NCBI GenBank assembly: GCA_902464635.1
Contig: CABQKC010000009.1
Coordinates: 4,224 to 68,223 of the forward strand
Reading direction: 5' to 3'
Origin: an uncultured Bacillales bacterium
GTDB lineage: Bacteria; Bacillota_I; Bacilli_A; RFN20; CAG-826
Length of the DNA stretch: 64,000 nt
A program made the translations under genes and the position numbers. Below the pieces are notes generated by a model. That model was not told the DNA's origin, made no database searches, and worked only from the letters and a program-made list of their open reading frames with translations. This document shows, piece after piece, positions 19,762-29,910 of this stretch (positions are counted from its first letter, which is position 1; each line of letters begins with the position of its first letter).

Positions 19762-20350
19762 ATTTTCTTTTCCTAATTAGATACAAATAATATTTATAAG
19801 TCGGCTCATCCATATATTTATATACTACATCATAGAACTTTTTAGAATGGTTAAACTCAAAATGATGTGCTAATTCATGGATAATTATGGAATCCATCAC
19901 TTCTAATGGGAATCTAAATAAAATATAAGCAAAATCAAGAGAATATGTACGTCTAGAATTGGTACCTAGCCTAGTTTTCATATCCCTAATCTTGACTTTA
20001 TAATTTCTAGAAACCCCCATTAAGGTAGAATAATAAGATACTTTCTTGTTCAGGATATCTAGGCATTCATCTTTTAAAATAGATAAATCCACTACATCAT
20101 CTTTCTTTTCTCCAAGAAAATAATGGGATTCAAGATCATCCATCTCTCCCGTCTTTTTCGCATTATCTACTAGCAAAGGAATACGCTTAATCGTAGATTC
20201 TATTATCTTTTCATTAGATACATAATAAGGTGCGCTAACCCTAACTACATTAGAATTAGGAGACAAGCGAAAATATATGGATCTACATCCTTTTTTCCTT
20301 TTTATCTCGATATTATATGTAATGTTGTTATATGAATATAAGTTGTCCAC
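19730..20350 (-). CDS. YgjP-like (DUF45/M48-type) zinc metallohydrolase
   Basis: HELAHHFEFNHSKKF (HExxH) near the C-terminus and an N-terminal IEIKRKKGCRSIYFRL block typical of DUF45. GTG start. Confidence 0.75.
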   Translation of the reverse strand: MDNLYSYNNITYNIEIKRKKGCRSIYFRLSPNSNVVRVSAPYYVSNEKIIESTIKRIPLLVDNAKKTGEMDDLESHYFLGEKKDDVVDLSILKDECLDILNKKVSYYSTLMGVSRNYKVKIRDMKTRLGTNSRRTYSLDFAYILFRFPLEVMDSIIIHELAHHFEFNHSKKFYDVVYKYMDEPTYKYYLYLIRKRKYDRSYLLERK

Positions 20351-20461
20351 GGGAATTGATTATAAATTTAATTGGTATTTTTATCTATAAATAAGAGAAA
20401 GAGTTAAATTAACCTTTTATTTCTTTATTTATGCAACGTTTTTCTTTATCATTTATGCGCT

Positions 20462-21376
20462 ATGGAAAAAGTATTGATTTCAGCATGTTTGCTTGGTGAT
20501 AAATGCCGTTATGACGGCAAAGATAACTTAATAGAAGAATTAATGGAACTATCTTCTTATTTTGAACTAGTCCCTTTTTGTTCTGAACTAGAAGGAGGAC
20601 TAAAGACTCCTAGACTTCCTAGTGAGATTAAAAAAGGACAAGTAAGGAACAATAAAGGAGAAGATGTTACCTCTAACTTCTATCGTGGTGCAGAGAAAGC
20701 CTTTAATATCTGTTCATTCTTAGGTATTAAGTTAGCTATCCTAAAAGAGAATTCTCCTTCCTGTGGGGTACATAAGATCCATAATGGCAAATTCGATGGA
20801 AACCTAATTGATGGAGAAGGCGTCACTACTTCTTTCTTAAGAAGGAAAGGCATCAAGGTCATTAATGAAACTGAAGCCATTGAATTGCTCCATTCAATAA
20901 AAGAGAATGAGCAAGAAAGGCTTAAGATATCAATTGAAAAACGTAAGCAAGATGAAGAAGGTCCAGTAAAGAGGAAACCTTTCGATAAGAACGAGAATTT
21001 TGCTAAACGCATAACCAAAAAGGATGAAGATTCTTCTACAAAAGAAGAAAAAAAGCCATTCAGGAAATCTTTTGATAAGAAAGAACGCCCATTTAAGAAG
21101 GATGGATATAAGAAACCTGGATTTAAAAAAGATGGATTCAAGAAAGACGGATTCAAGAAACCATATAGAAAGAAAGATGAAGAAGGCTCCGGCAAGCCTG
21201 ATTTCAAGAAGAAATCTTTCTCCAAGAAACCTTATAATACCAAGAAAGAAGGTTTTAAAGGAGAAAGGAAATCCTATTCAAAAGGACCTAGGAAAGATTA
21301 TAAATCCACTTCTAATAGAAACTTCAGAAAGCCTATGAATAGAGATAAAAAGTATGGAAACAAAGACAAAGAATAG
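20462..21376 (+). CDS. DUF523 (TudS-like) domain protein with long Lys-rich C-terminal tail
   Basis: N-terminal VLISACLLGDKCRYDG and ENSPSCG Cys blocks typical of DUF523. The last ~150 aa are K/E/F/G low complexity with KKDGF repeats. Confidence 0.8.
   Translation: MEKVLISACLLGDKCRYDGKDNLIEELMELSSYFELVPFCSELEGGLKTPRLPSEIKKGQVRNNKGEDVTSNFYRGAEKAFNICSFLGIKLAILKENSPSCGVHKIHNGKFDGNLIDGEGVTTSFLRRKGIKVINETEAIELLHSIKENEQERLKISIEKRKQDEEGPVKRKPFDKNENFAKRITKKDEDSSTKEEKKPFRKSFDKKERPFKKDGYKKPGFKKDGFKKDGFKKPYRKKDEEGSGKPDFKKKSFSKKPYNTKKEGFKGERKSYSKGPRKDYKSTSNRNFRKPMNRDKKYGNKDKE
21095..21154 (+). repeat. In-frame 15-nt tandem repeat (KKDGY/KKPGF/KKDGF/KKDGF)
   Basis: Four consecutive 15-nt units read directly in the coding frame of 20462..21376. 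Confidence 0.8.
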
Positions 21377-21890
21377 TTATTTTGATACAAGATCACTTAT
21401 AAGCAGGATTACCATTGTAGGTGTTTTTGCTGCCTTGTGTTTTGTATGTACCTCCTTTCTTCAGATTAGTTATGCCGGGGGGATGGGGTATTTTAATTTC
21501 GGGGACTGCATCTCTTTGTTGGTCGCGATGTTTATCGGGCCTCTTGAAGGAATGCTAGTAGGAATGTTAGGTGGCTCGATGTCAGATTTATTCCTTGGAG
21601 GAGCCAATTTTGTTCCTTTTACAATCGTTGCAAAAGGAAGCATGTGCCTAGTCACCGGAATATTAATGAAAGTATTAAAGAATCATAAATTCCTACGTTT
21701 CATCTCTCCTTTTATTGGGATGATATTTATGGTCCTAACTTATGTAGTTTGCTATTACATCCTTTATAAAGAAGGGTTCTGGCTAAGCTCTCTATTTGAT
21801 TTAGTCCAAGGAATATCTTCTAGCATCATTGCTATATTGCTTCTTCTTCCACTAGAAAAATCAAAGATAAAGAACTTCCTTCATCTATAA
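21354..21890 (+). CDS. ECF-transporter S-component-like membrane protein (substrate unknown)
   Basis: 178 aa with about 5-6 TM segments and Gly-rich helices (GMLVGMLGGSMSDLFLGG). Overlaps the upstream gene by 23 nt. Confidence 0.55.
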   Translation: METKTKNSYFDTRSLISRITIVGVFAALCFVCTSFLQISYAGGMGYFNFGDCISLLVAMFIGPLEGMLVGMLGGSMSDLFLGGANFVPFTIVAKGSMCLVTGILMKVLKNHKFLRFISPFIGMIFMVLTYVVCYYILYKEGFWLSSLFDLVQGISSSIIAILLLLPLEKSKIKNFLHL

Positions 21891-22112
21891 TCCCTCTTCA
21901 TTAGATTCAGATTCCTCCTGATGGGGGAATTTTTCTTCTAGCTCTAGAGAAAATACAAATCCAATGGAAATAGAAAGAAGTCCAAATAAAATCGATAAAG
22001 CTAGATAGAAGAAATCCTTTTTAGCAAAATAGGCATATCCCCCAACTAGAATAAATGCCACCCCAATGATGATAAAAATAATCTTTGTATATTTTTGGTT
22101 GTCGTTATTCAT
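21885..22112 (-). CDS. Small two-TM protein with acidic tail
   Basis: 75-aa ORF with two hydrophobic segments and SD GGAGG upstream. Confidence 0.5.
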   Translation of the reverse strand: MNNDNQKYTKIIFIIIGVAFILVGGYAYFAKKDFFYLALSILFGLLSISIGFVFSLELEEKFPHQEESESNEEGL

Positions 22113-22204
22113 ATTACCTCCTATTTATATAGTTGGAGGTCACTAGTTAAAAAGGGTACAAAAAAAGAGAACCTATTTCTAGATTCTCGATTTATTTTGG
22201 GTTA

Positions 22205-23518
22205 TTAGAATATTCTCTTAGTAGAAGTCAAGTCGAATATATGGGCCTTTTTGGCATCGAATGCCAAGGAAATCTTATCTCCATTATGGATTGGGGTGGA
22301 AAGAGGAATCTTTGCAACCATATCCACTCCACCAAAATCGGTATGGATATAATATTCATGTCCAAGAAGTTCGGCGACATTGACAGTCAATTCAACTGGA
22401 GAAGTAAGTCCTTCCTTATCTTCTTTTACATCGTGGATATCTTCTGGGCGGATACCATATGCAACTTTATGTCTTCCCTTCAAGGCTTCTTCGTAGGAAG
22501 CAATCTCATTCTTGGCATGCTCTACCTTATCGGCAAGAGCTTGATCCCACTTTTCTTTCGCGGATAATTCTTCTTCTAATTTGGCTAATTTAGCATTTGC
22601 AAGCTCGATTTGTCCCTTATAGAAGGTATCATGGGCAGTTTTTGTTCCTCTAGGTAAGGCAATCTCAACCTTGCTTCCATTTAGATAAATCTTGCCATCT
22701 TCATATTCGCCTTCAAGAACGTTCATGGCAGGCGAACCAATGAAAGTTGCAACGAATAGATTCGATGGATGGTCATAAATTTCAATTGGAGTTCCGATTT
22801 GTTGGATATAGCCGCCTTTCATAACAACTATACGGCTAGCCATTGTCATGGCTTCGGTCTGGTCATGGGTAACATAGATTGTAGTCGCACCTAATGATTC
22901 ATGTAATCTAACGATTTCACTTCTCATCTGGACACGAAGTTTAGCATCAAGGTTAGATAGAGGTTCGTCCATTAAGAATACTTTGGCGTTCCTAACGATT
23001 GCCCTACCCAAGGCAACACGCTGCCTTTGTCCACCTGATAAGGCCTTTGGCTTTCTATCTAGGTATTCTTCGATTTGAAGGATCTTAGCAGCTTCGGTTA
23101 CTCTTTCTTTTATCTCTTCTTTTGGAAGATGACGGATCTTAAGCCCGAAAGCCATATTGTTATAGACAGTCATATGAGGATAAAGGGCATAGCTTTGGAA
23201 TACCATGGCTATATCTCTATCCTTTGGAGTCCTGTCATTAGAATATTCCCCGTCGATATAAAGTTCACCTCTAGTTATATCTTCTAGACCCGCAATCATT
23301 CTTAATGTAGTAGATTTACCACATCCAGAAGGACCGACAAAGACGATGAATTCATGTTTTTTGATATCGAGATTGAAATCAAAGACGGCCTGGACATTAT
23401 TGTCATATACTTTATCTATATGACGTAATGAGACATAAGCCCCTTCGTGATCGCCTTCTTCGACTAAAGATGGTTCTTCCTTTTGAAGAACTTCTTCTAA
23501 TTTTTTCTTTTTTGACAT
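22205..23518 (-). CDS. MalK/MsmK/UgpC-type sugar ABC transporter ATP-binding protein
   Basis: Walker [10 protein letters not shown], signature [14 protein letters not shown], Walker [12 protein letters not shown] and a FIGSPAMN regulatory-domain start. No permease gene is adjacent. Confidence 0.9.
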   Translation of the reverse strand: MSKKKKLEEVLQKEEPSLVEEGDHEGAYVSLRHIDKVYDNNVQAVFDFNLDIKKHEFIVFVGPSGCGKSTTLRMIAGLEDITRGELYIDGEYSNDRTPKDRDIAMVFQSYALYPHMTVYNNMAFGLKIRHLPKEEIKERVTEAAKILQIEEYLDRKPKALSGGQRQRVALGRAIVRNAKVFLMDEPLSNLDAKLRVQMRSEIVRLHESLGATTIYVTHDQTEAMTMASRIVVMKGGYIQQIGTPIEIYDHPSNLFVATFIGSPAMNVLEGEYEDGKIYLNGSKVEIALPRGTKTAHDTFYKGQIELANAKLAKLEEELSAKEKWDQALADKVEHAKNEIASYEEALKGRHKVAYGIRPEDIHDVKEDKEGLTSPVELTVNVAELLGHEYYIHTDFGGVDMVAKIPLSTPIHNGDKISLAFDAKKAHIFDLTSTKRIF

Positions 23519-23660
23519 ATTTATATCCTTTGCTTGTCAATTAGTTTATTAATAAAAATATAACATATCTAGTGCATCGTGCACAAATCAACTTTTGCTA
23601 ATAAAAAATGCCGATAAAATGGCACTTCTATTATTAAATGATCATCATTTTGAGCAATAA

Positions 23661-24236
23661 TCAAGAATATTTTTGTTTTGATAAGGCAAAATATAGCTCC
23701 AAGAAAGTCGCGTTATGGTAATCACGGATATCTAGATTCGTCAATTCAATGAATTGGTTTAGCCTGTAAGAAAATGTATTTCTATGAATAAACAATATCC
23801 TGCTTGCCTTAATCGCATTACATCCAGAAACTAAATAGGCCTTAGCAGTCAGCATCAATTCATGGGGAATGGAGCTAAATAAAGATAGCATCGGTCCATA
23901 GAAAGAGAAATTTCCATACATCGTCATCTTTAGGATAAGCTCGCTTAGATAGGTCGATTCATTTGGAAATAAAGATAGACAAGTAGGTAATAAAGATTCT
24001 TCAAAAGGCCCAATTTCATGGGATAAAAGAATGCTAAAAAGTACATCCAAATCGTCATGAAGAAGCATTGGGAGGCTATCTAGAGGCAAATCATCTTCTT
24101 CTTCGAAAGAAAAATAACCGATATTAGGGGAAAGGAAGACAATGGTATTTTTATCTACCCCAATTCCGGTCAAGGCGTTAACAAAATATGGATGGGAGAA
24201 ATTGGAGGAAGAAATAAAATAGGCGATACGAAGCAT
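23661..24236 (-). CDS. PucR/CdaR-type C-terminal HTH protein (short)
   Basis: C-terminal ASRILFIHRNTFSYRLNQFIELTNLD helix-turn-helix. Begins 2 nt after the GH13 gene. Confidence 0.6.
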   Translation of the reverse strand: MLRIAYFISSSNFSHPYFVNALTGIGVDKNTIVFLSPNIGYFSFEEEDDLPLDSLPMLLHDDLDVLFSILLSHEIGPFEESLLPTCLSLFPNESTYLSELILKMTMYGNFSFYGPMLSLFSSIPHELMLTAKAYLVSGCNAIKASRILFIHRNTFSYRLNQFIELTNLDIRDYHNATFLELYFALSKQKYS

Positions 24237-24238
24237 CT

Positions 24239-25939
24239 TTATACCTTCAACAAGAAAGTCTCGAATGGGCGTAATTTAAAGACATGGTCTTTTAAGATGA
24301 CGTCTTCATAATTATGTAGCAAGACATCCTTTATTCTCCAATAGAAAGAGAAATAGACATCATGATCACGGAAATTAGAGATTACGATAAGCTTTTCATC
24401 GCCTAGTTCATGCTTATAGGCGAATACATCGGGATGATTTCTATCTAGCAAATCGAATTTGCCATTAGTGATGATGTTATTTATTTCATCGCTTTTCCTT
24501 TTGCCTATCGCATATTGATAAAAATTCAATATGGAATATGGGTCACACATCTCTTCATAGACATTGACCCCCTGCTTATAGTTTTCGTTAACCTTAACTC
24601 TACTTGGCTTAGAAGAAAAACCGGCATTAAAGGAATCGTCCCATTGCATTGGGGTCCTAGCATTAATTCTAGAGGTACGGCACAAATAATGGGCGATATA
24701 TTCATCAGAATACCCATGGCTCCTCATGTTTTTGACTAGGTTCTTGCTGCCTACATCTTCATAGAAATCCTCAACATTAGTAAAACTAACGTTACTCATT
24801 CCTATTTCATCCCCCTGGTAGATAAACGGGGTACCATACATGAATAGTAAGGTAGTCAAAAGACACTTCGCGGATTCGCTTCTATATTTAACCGAACCAT
24901 ATTGAGATAAGACACGTGGATGATCATGATTTGCCCAATATAGAGGCATAGATGCCCTTTCATGGCAAATGTCGTACCATTTCTTGAAATTATCTTTTAA
25001 AGTGATGACATCGGTTTTGATTTCTTCGTCCTTTTTATCAATAGATCCGTAAGCCCCGTTTACCCAGACTGTATCAAAATTAAAGGCCATATTAATCGAA
25101 CCATTATCTTTATCTACTAGTCTAAGACAGTCTTTAGGAGTAATTTCTCCTCCTGCTTCCCCAATTGTAAGGCAATCATATTTAGAAAATACCTTTCTCT
25201 TGAATTCAAGAAGGAAGCCATACATCTCTTCCCTATTCGAGAATTTGCTTGGATCTAATACATATCCTGATAAATCAGCAGGTTTATCCGAAGAAGCAAA
25301 GCTAAGGTCTTTGCCTAGATGTGCAATTGCATCGAGCCTAAATCCGTCGACACCCATATCTAGGTAGTGCCTAGCAATTTCATAATATTCTTCCCTTAGT
25401 TCGGGATTATTCCAATTTACATCAGGCATCTTGGAAGAGAATATATGTAAATAGAAATAAGAAGTTCCTTCTATATTGCTCCAGGCAGACTCCCCAAAAA
25501 ATGAGGCCCAGTTATTTGGAGGGAGTAACTTACCATCCTTTTCTATTCCTTTTTCAAAATAATAATATCCAGCTTCCTTGCTAGATAAATTAGAAACAGC
25601 CTTCTTAAACCAAGGATGCTCGCTAGAAGTATGGTTAATTACCAAATCAATTAATATCTTTATTCCTAACCTATGGGCTTTATCTAATAGATTCTTAAAA
25701 TCTTCGTTAGTTCCAAACAAGGGATTTATATCATAATAAGAAGATACATCATATCCGTTATCATCCATCGGAGAGGCGAATATAGGGCAAATCCAGATAA
25801 GGTTTATCCCTAATTCCGCTAGATAATCTAGCTTTTGATAAATTCCATTCAAATCCCCGATTCCATCACCATTGCTATCTTTAAAAGATTCCGGGTAGAT
25901 GATGTAACCAATCGAAGAATCCCACCATTTCTTGCTCAT
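24239..25939 (-). CDS. GH13 alpha-glucosidase / oligo-1,6-glucosidase family
   Basis: N-terminal WWDSSIGYIIYPESFKDSNGDGIGDLNG, DLVINHTS, GFRLDAIAH, GEAGG and ANHDHPR conserved regions. Confidence 0.9.
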   Translation of the reverse strand: MSKKWWDSSIGYIIYPESFKDSNGDGIGDLNGIYQKLDYLAELGINLIWICPIFASPMDDNGYDVSSYYDINPLFGTNEDFKNLLDKAHRLGIKILIDLVINHTSSEHPWFKKAVSNLSSKEAGYYYFEKGIEKDGKLLPPNNWASFFGESAWSNIEGTSYFYLHIFSSKMPDVNWNNPELREEYYEIARHYLDMGVDGFRLDAIAHLGKDLSFASSDKPADLSGYVLDPSKFSNREEMYGFLLEFKRKVFSKYDCLTIGEAGGEITPKDCLRLVDKDNGSINMAFNFDTVWVNGAYGSIDKKDEEIKTDVITLKDNFKKWYDICHERASMPLYWANHDHPRVLSQYGSVKYRSESAKCLLTTLLFMYGTPFIYQGDEIGMSNVSFTNVEDFYEDVGSKNLVKNMRSHGYSDEYIAHYLCRTSRINARTPMQWDDSFNAGFSSKPSRVKVNENYKQGVNVYEEMCDPYSILNFYQYAIGKRKSDEINNIITNGKFDLLDRNHPDVFAYKHELGDEKLIVISNFRDHDVYFSFYWRIKDVLLHNYEDVILKDHVFKLRPFETFLLKV

Positions 25940-26102
25940 ATAGCTAGATTATAAATTCATTTTTGGAAATAAAAAAGAGAAGCACTCCAACAAATTATCC
26001 TTTTTTAATTAAAAAAGGCATATAAAAGTCAACTTGTTGTCGCAAAAAAATATTCTTCTATTAAAATGTGTTTGCCCTATTTAGAGGTCATTAGTTTTAT
26101 TT

Positions 26103-27890
26103 ATGAAGAATTTGATGTTTGTAGTTAAAAAAGCCTTAAAAGGGACTGGATGGGTTTATTTCCTTTCCTTCGTTGCCCTTTTCTTTATGACTCTTGCTAC
26201 TGTTTTTACTTCCTTTTTGTCAAAGGTTTTAGTAGATGCTTTTAAAAATGAATTATACAAGGCGGAAAATATTGAAAAACTAGTCATAAATATCATTTCT
26301 TTAGGCAAAGGCGAACAATTCATATACGACAATATGTATGTCTTACCTGGAGCTATTATTATCTCTAGTTTAATTTTAGCTGGCATTACTATATTAAGAG
26401 GATATCTAAGGTTTAGATCAAGTGCCTCAATAAACAAAACCATGCAATATAGCCTATTTTGCCATCTGCAAAACCAGCCTTACGAATATTTCCAAAGGGC
26501 TAAATCAGGAGACTTGATACAAACCTGCACGAGGGATGTCGATGTCTTAAGGAAATTCCTCATCATGGAAACTAGCCAAGCCTTCTATACTTTATTTATA
26601 TTTATATTATGTAGTTCCATATTATTTGAGATATCAGTAAAACTAACTTTAGTTTGTCTTTCTTTATTGCCAATCATGTTTATTTATTCTTTCTTTATTA
26701 TTAAAGAAGTAAGGAAAAGATATAGGGCCACCGATGATTCTGAAGCCGATATGGTTGATGACATCTCGGAGGTATTAAATTCAATCAGGGTCATAAAAGC
26801 CTATAATTCCGAGACTTATGAAATAAATAAATTCGAAGGAAAGCTCAAAGATTATGAAGGCAAATTCAAAAGATGGAAAATGGTGTCCTCCTTCTTTTTC
26901 TCTTCTAGCGATATCTTTATCTTCTCTTCTAGCGCCCTTGCCCTTATATATTCTTTATACCTAGTCTATATAGGCGAGATTACTTCAGGCACATTAGTTA
27001 TTTCCTATTCCTTTATCAATATGATGGTTTGGCCACTAAGAAATACTGCGACTTCTTTATCTAACCTAGGACAAGTACAGGCTAGTGCCGATAGAATCAA
27101 GACCTTATTAGACGAAAAGGAAGAAGATATAGTTAGCGGGGATACTTTCCAAATAAACGGGGATATCGAATTCAAGAATGTGTCTTTTAGCTATCCTGAC
27201 GAAAAGGAAGTACAAGTTCTTGATAATGTATCTTTTAAGATTAAGAAAGGCCAATCGGTCGCGATTTTAGGCAAGACCGGTTCAGGTAAATCTACCTTAT
27301 TATTATTGCTAACAAGGCTATATGACCCTACTTTTGGGAATATCTATATCGATGGGAAAGACATCAAATCAATATCAAAAGAATGTATAAGAAAGCAAAT
27401 CGTCCCAGTCTTGCAAGATCCATTTTTATTCTCAAAGACTATTAAAGATAACATCTCCATTTCAAATAAAGATGCTACTGAAGAAGATATAAAGAAGGCA
27501 ACTAGGATTGCTTCCCTTAGCAAGACAATTGAATCTTTTGAAAAAGGATATGAAACTCCAGTTGGAGAAAAAGGAGTTACCTTGTCTGGCGGCCAAAAGC
27601 AAAGAGTCGCCATTGCTAGGACTATCGTATCAAAGGCTAAAGTCATGATATTTGATGATTCTTTATCGGCAGTCGATGCGAAAACCGATTTAGAAATTAG
27701 GCAAAAATTAGCTACATTAGATACTAACCCAGCAAAGATAATCATTACTTCAAGGATTAATTCTGCTAAAACTAGCGATTTTATTATTGTTCTAGATAAA
27801 GGAAAGGTCGAAGAAATCGGGACTCATGATGAACTTATCAAGCAGGATAAGATTTATTCAAGCCTAGTTTCTATTGCATCAAGGAGGTAA
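26103..27890 (+). CDS. ABC exporter, fused permease/ATPase (heterodimer partner 1)
   Basis: Six-TM N-domain; GKTGSGKST, LSGGQKQRVAIAR and IFDDSLSAVD. Confidence 0.9.
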   Translation: MKNLMFVVKKALKGTGWVYFLSFVALFFMTLATVFTSFLSKVLVDAFKNELYKAENIEKLVINIISLGKGEQFIYDNMYVLPGAIIISSLILAGITILRGYLRFRSSASINKTMQYSLFCHLQNQPYEYFQRAKSGDLIQTCTRDVDVLRKFLIMETSQAFYTLFIFILCSSILFEISVKLTLVCLSLLPIMFIYSFFIIKEVRKRYRATDDSEADMVDDISEVLNSIRVIKAYNSETYEINKFEGKLKDYEGKFKRWKMVSSFFFSSSDIFIFSSSALALIYSLYLVYIGEITSGTLVISYSFINMMVWPLRNTATSLSNLGQVQASADRIKTLLDEKEEDIVSGDTFQINGDIEFKNVSFSYPDEKEVQVLDNVSFKIKKGQSVAILGKTGSGKSTLLLLLTRLYDPTFGNIYIDGKDIKSISKECIRKQIVPVLQDPFLFSKTIKDNISISNKDATEEDIKKATRIASLSKTIESFEKGYETPVGEKGVTLSGGQKQRVAIARTIVSKAKVMIFDDSLSAVDAKTDLEIRQKLATLDTNPAKIIITSRINSAKTSDFIIVLDKGKVEEIGTHDELIKQDKIYSSLVSIASRR

Positions 27891-27893
27891 TTT

Positions 27894-29840
27894 ATGGCGG
27901 ATTTTGCATTTAAAGAAGAAAAATTACCTAGCAAGCTTAATTTCAAGGTCTGGCTAAAAATAGGTAAATATGCCTTAAAGCAATATAAGTTGCTTATCTT
28001 ATGTTTGCTAATGACTTTATTTGTCTCTTTTTATGATTCTAGTTTTATCCCCTTGATGAATGCTTCGGCGATTAAAGCTAGCGAATTAATGAATGGGAAT
28101 AACACTGCTTCTATTTTCAATTTGGTAATAGAGACTACATTCATATTTAACATCAAGGCCAGTTTGACTTACTTGCAATACATGATTTTATTCATCGTAA
28201 TGATTTTGGTTAGGTCAGTTGCCATATTCGTCCTTTTCTATTTCCAAAATATTATTTCCATGAGGATAATGGTTGATTTAAGACGCGATTCATTTAGGAA
28301 ACTACAAGAACTGCCGTTCTCTTATTTTGATAAGAATTCATCTGGATGGTTAATTGCTAGGATGCAAAACGATACATCTTCGATTGGGGATTTAATCTCC
28401 TGGGATGTCAATGCGATTATATGGGCACTCTTTGATTTGACGTTTACCTTTATAACAATGTTTTCTATCAATTGGCTTTATTCCTTGGTTGTTTTAGCAT
28501 CATTGCCAATTGTAATTATTGTTGTTCCTTTGTTTGAAAAAGAAGTCTTGCTCCGTCACCGCAAAGCTAGAAATGCCTATTCTTATTATGTAGGTTATCT
28601 AGCAGAGACTATAGACGGGGCGAAGACCATCAAGACTTTATCTAGCATCGATACAGTCAAAAAAGAAGCCGATGAAATAACTACTGACATCAAAAAGAAA
28701 AGGTTCCGCGCCCATATGATAAATGGCTATGTCCAGCCAATCCTATCTACTTTGTCTTCTTTAACAATTGCTCTTATTATCTTCCTAGGATTAAAGAATG
28801 TAGGCTCTTTGGACAAGGCAAGTCTAGTATCTACGATTATCCTTTTTGTCGGATTCGTCTCTTCTATATATAACCCTTTGCAAAACCTCTCCGAAGTATT
28901 TTCTGAAATCATGGCAGGTCAGGCCGGAGCCGAGAAATTAATGCAGTTAATCGAAGAAAAGGTCACGATTGTCGATACTCCTGAGGTAATTGCTAAATAT
29001 GGGACCATATTAAACCCAAAGAAAGAAAATTATATCAATCTAGATGGTGATATCGAATTTAGCCATGTCAGCTTTTCCTATAATGAAGGGGTTGAAATCA
29101 TCCATGATTTAAATCTAAAGATAGATAAAGGAACTTCTTTAGCAATTGTAGGTGAAACTGGTTCAGGAAAGACCACTACAGTAAATCTTCTTTGTAGATT
29201 CTATGAGCCAAGCAAAGGACATGTATATATTAATAATATAGATTATAAGGATATAGGATTAGGATGTCTTCGTTCTTCGATAGGTTATGTACAGCAAAAT
29301 CCATATGTCTTTTCTGGCACTTTCCTTGATAACATCATCTATGGAAGGCTTGATGCAACTTTAGAAGATGCGCGAAATGCCTGCAAAATTGTTGGAATTG
29401 ACGAATATATCATGTCTACTCCTAATGGATATAATACCTACTTGCCAACCGGAGGTGGAAGCTTATCCCAAGGTCAAAAGCAATTAATATCTTTTGCTAG
29501 GGCCATATTGAAAAATCCAGCGATATTAATTCTAGATGAAGCCACTTCTAATATCGATCCATTAACCGAAGTAAAGCTACAAGAAGCTCTTATGAATATA
29601 ACTAAAGGCAGGACTTCCATTGTCATTGCCCATAGGTTATCGACAATAGTTTCTAGCGATAGAATCATCGTATTTGATAAGGGTAAGATTGTTGAGGACG
29701 GCAATCATGAGACTTTATTATCTCGTAATGGCATCTATAAGAAGCTATATAACGATCAATTCGCTTCTTTAAGCATTGACGAACAGTTTGAAGTATCCAA
29801 AAAGGAAGAGCAAATCAAACAAAAACTATCAAAGTGTTAA
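27894..29840 (+). CDS. ABC exporter, fused permease/ATPase (heterodimer partner 2)
   Basis: Six-TM N-domain; GETGSGKTT, LSQGQKQLISFAR and ILDEATSNID. Confidence 0.9.
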   Translation: MADFAFKEEKLPSKLNFKVWLKIGKYALKQYKLLILCLLMTLFVSFYDSSFIPLMNASAIKASELMNGNNTASIFNLVIETTFIFNIKASLTYLQYMILFIVMILVRSVAIFVLFYFQNIISMRIMVDLRRDSFRKLQELPFSYFDKNSSGWLIARMQNDTSSIGDLISWDVNAIIWALFDLTFTFITMFSINWLYSLVVLASLPIVIIVVPLFEKEVLLRHRKARNAYSYYVGYLAETIDGAKTIKTLSSIDTVKKEADEITTDIKKKRFRAHMINGYVQPILSTLSSLTIALIIFLGLKNVGSLDKASLVSTIILFVGFVSSIYNPLQNLSEVFSEIMAGQAGAEKLMQLIEEKVTIVDTPEVIAKYGTILNPKKENYINLDGDIEFSHVSFSYNEGVEIIHDLNLKIDKGTSLAIVGETGSGKTTTVNLLCRFYEPSKGHVYINNIDYKDIGLGCLRSSIGYVQQNPYVFSGTFLDNIIYGRLDATLEDARNACKIVGIDEYIMSTPNGYNTYLPTGGGSLSQGQKQLISFARAILKNPAILILDEATSNIDPLTEVKLQEALMNITKGRTSIVIAHRLSTIVSSDRIIVFDKGKIVEDGNHETLLSRNGIYKKLYNDQFASLSIDEQFEVSKKEEQIKQKLSKC

Positions 29841-29910
29841 TTGTATTCTTTAGTTTGAAACTAGATTAGTTTAAAATAATAGCAACCAAGCTTAGGAGGC
29901 TTGAAATAAT

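Noticed and set aside
21095-21170. Tandem DNA repeats considered as a possible CRISPR or satellite
   Set aside because: The 15-nt units are contiguous, in frame and coding (KKDGF). There are no spacers, so this is not a CRISPR array.
20680-21338. ORFs 20680..21225(-) and 21024..21338(+) overlapping the DUF523 tail
   Set aside because: They are artefacts of the purine-rich AAG/AAA repeat region, which is open in several frames. The frame continuous with the DUF523 domain is the credible one.
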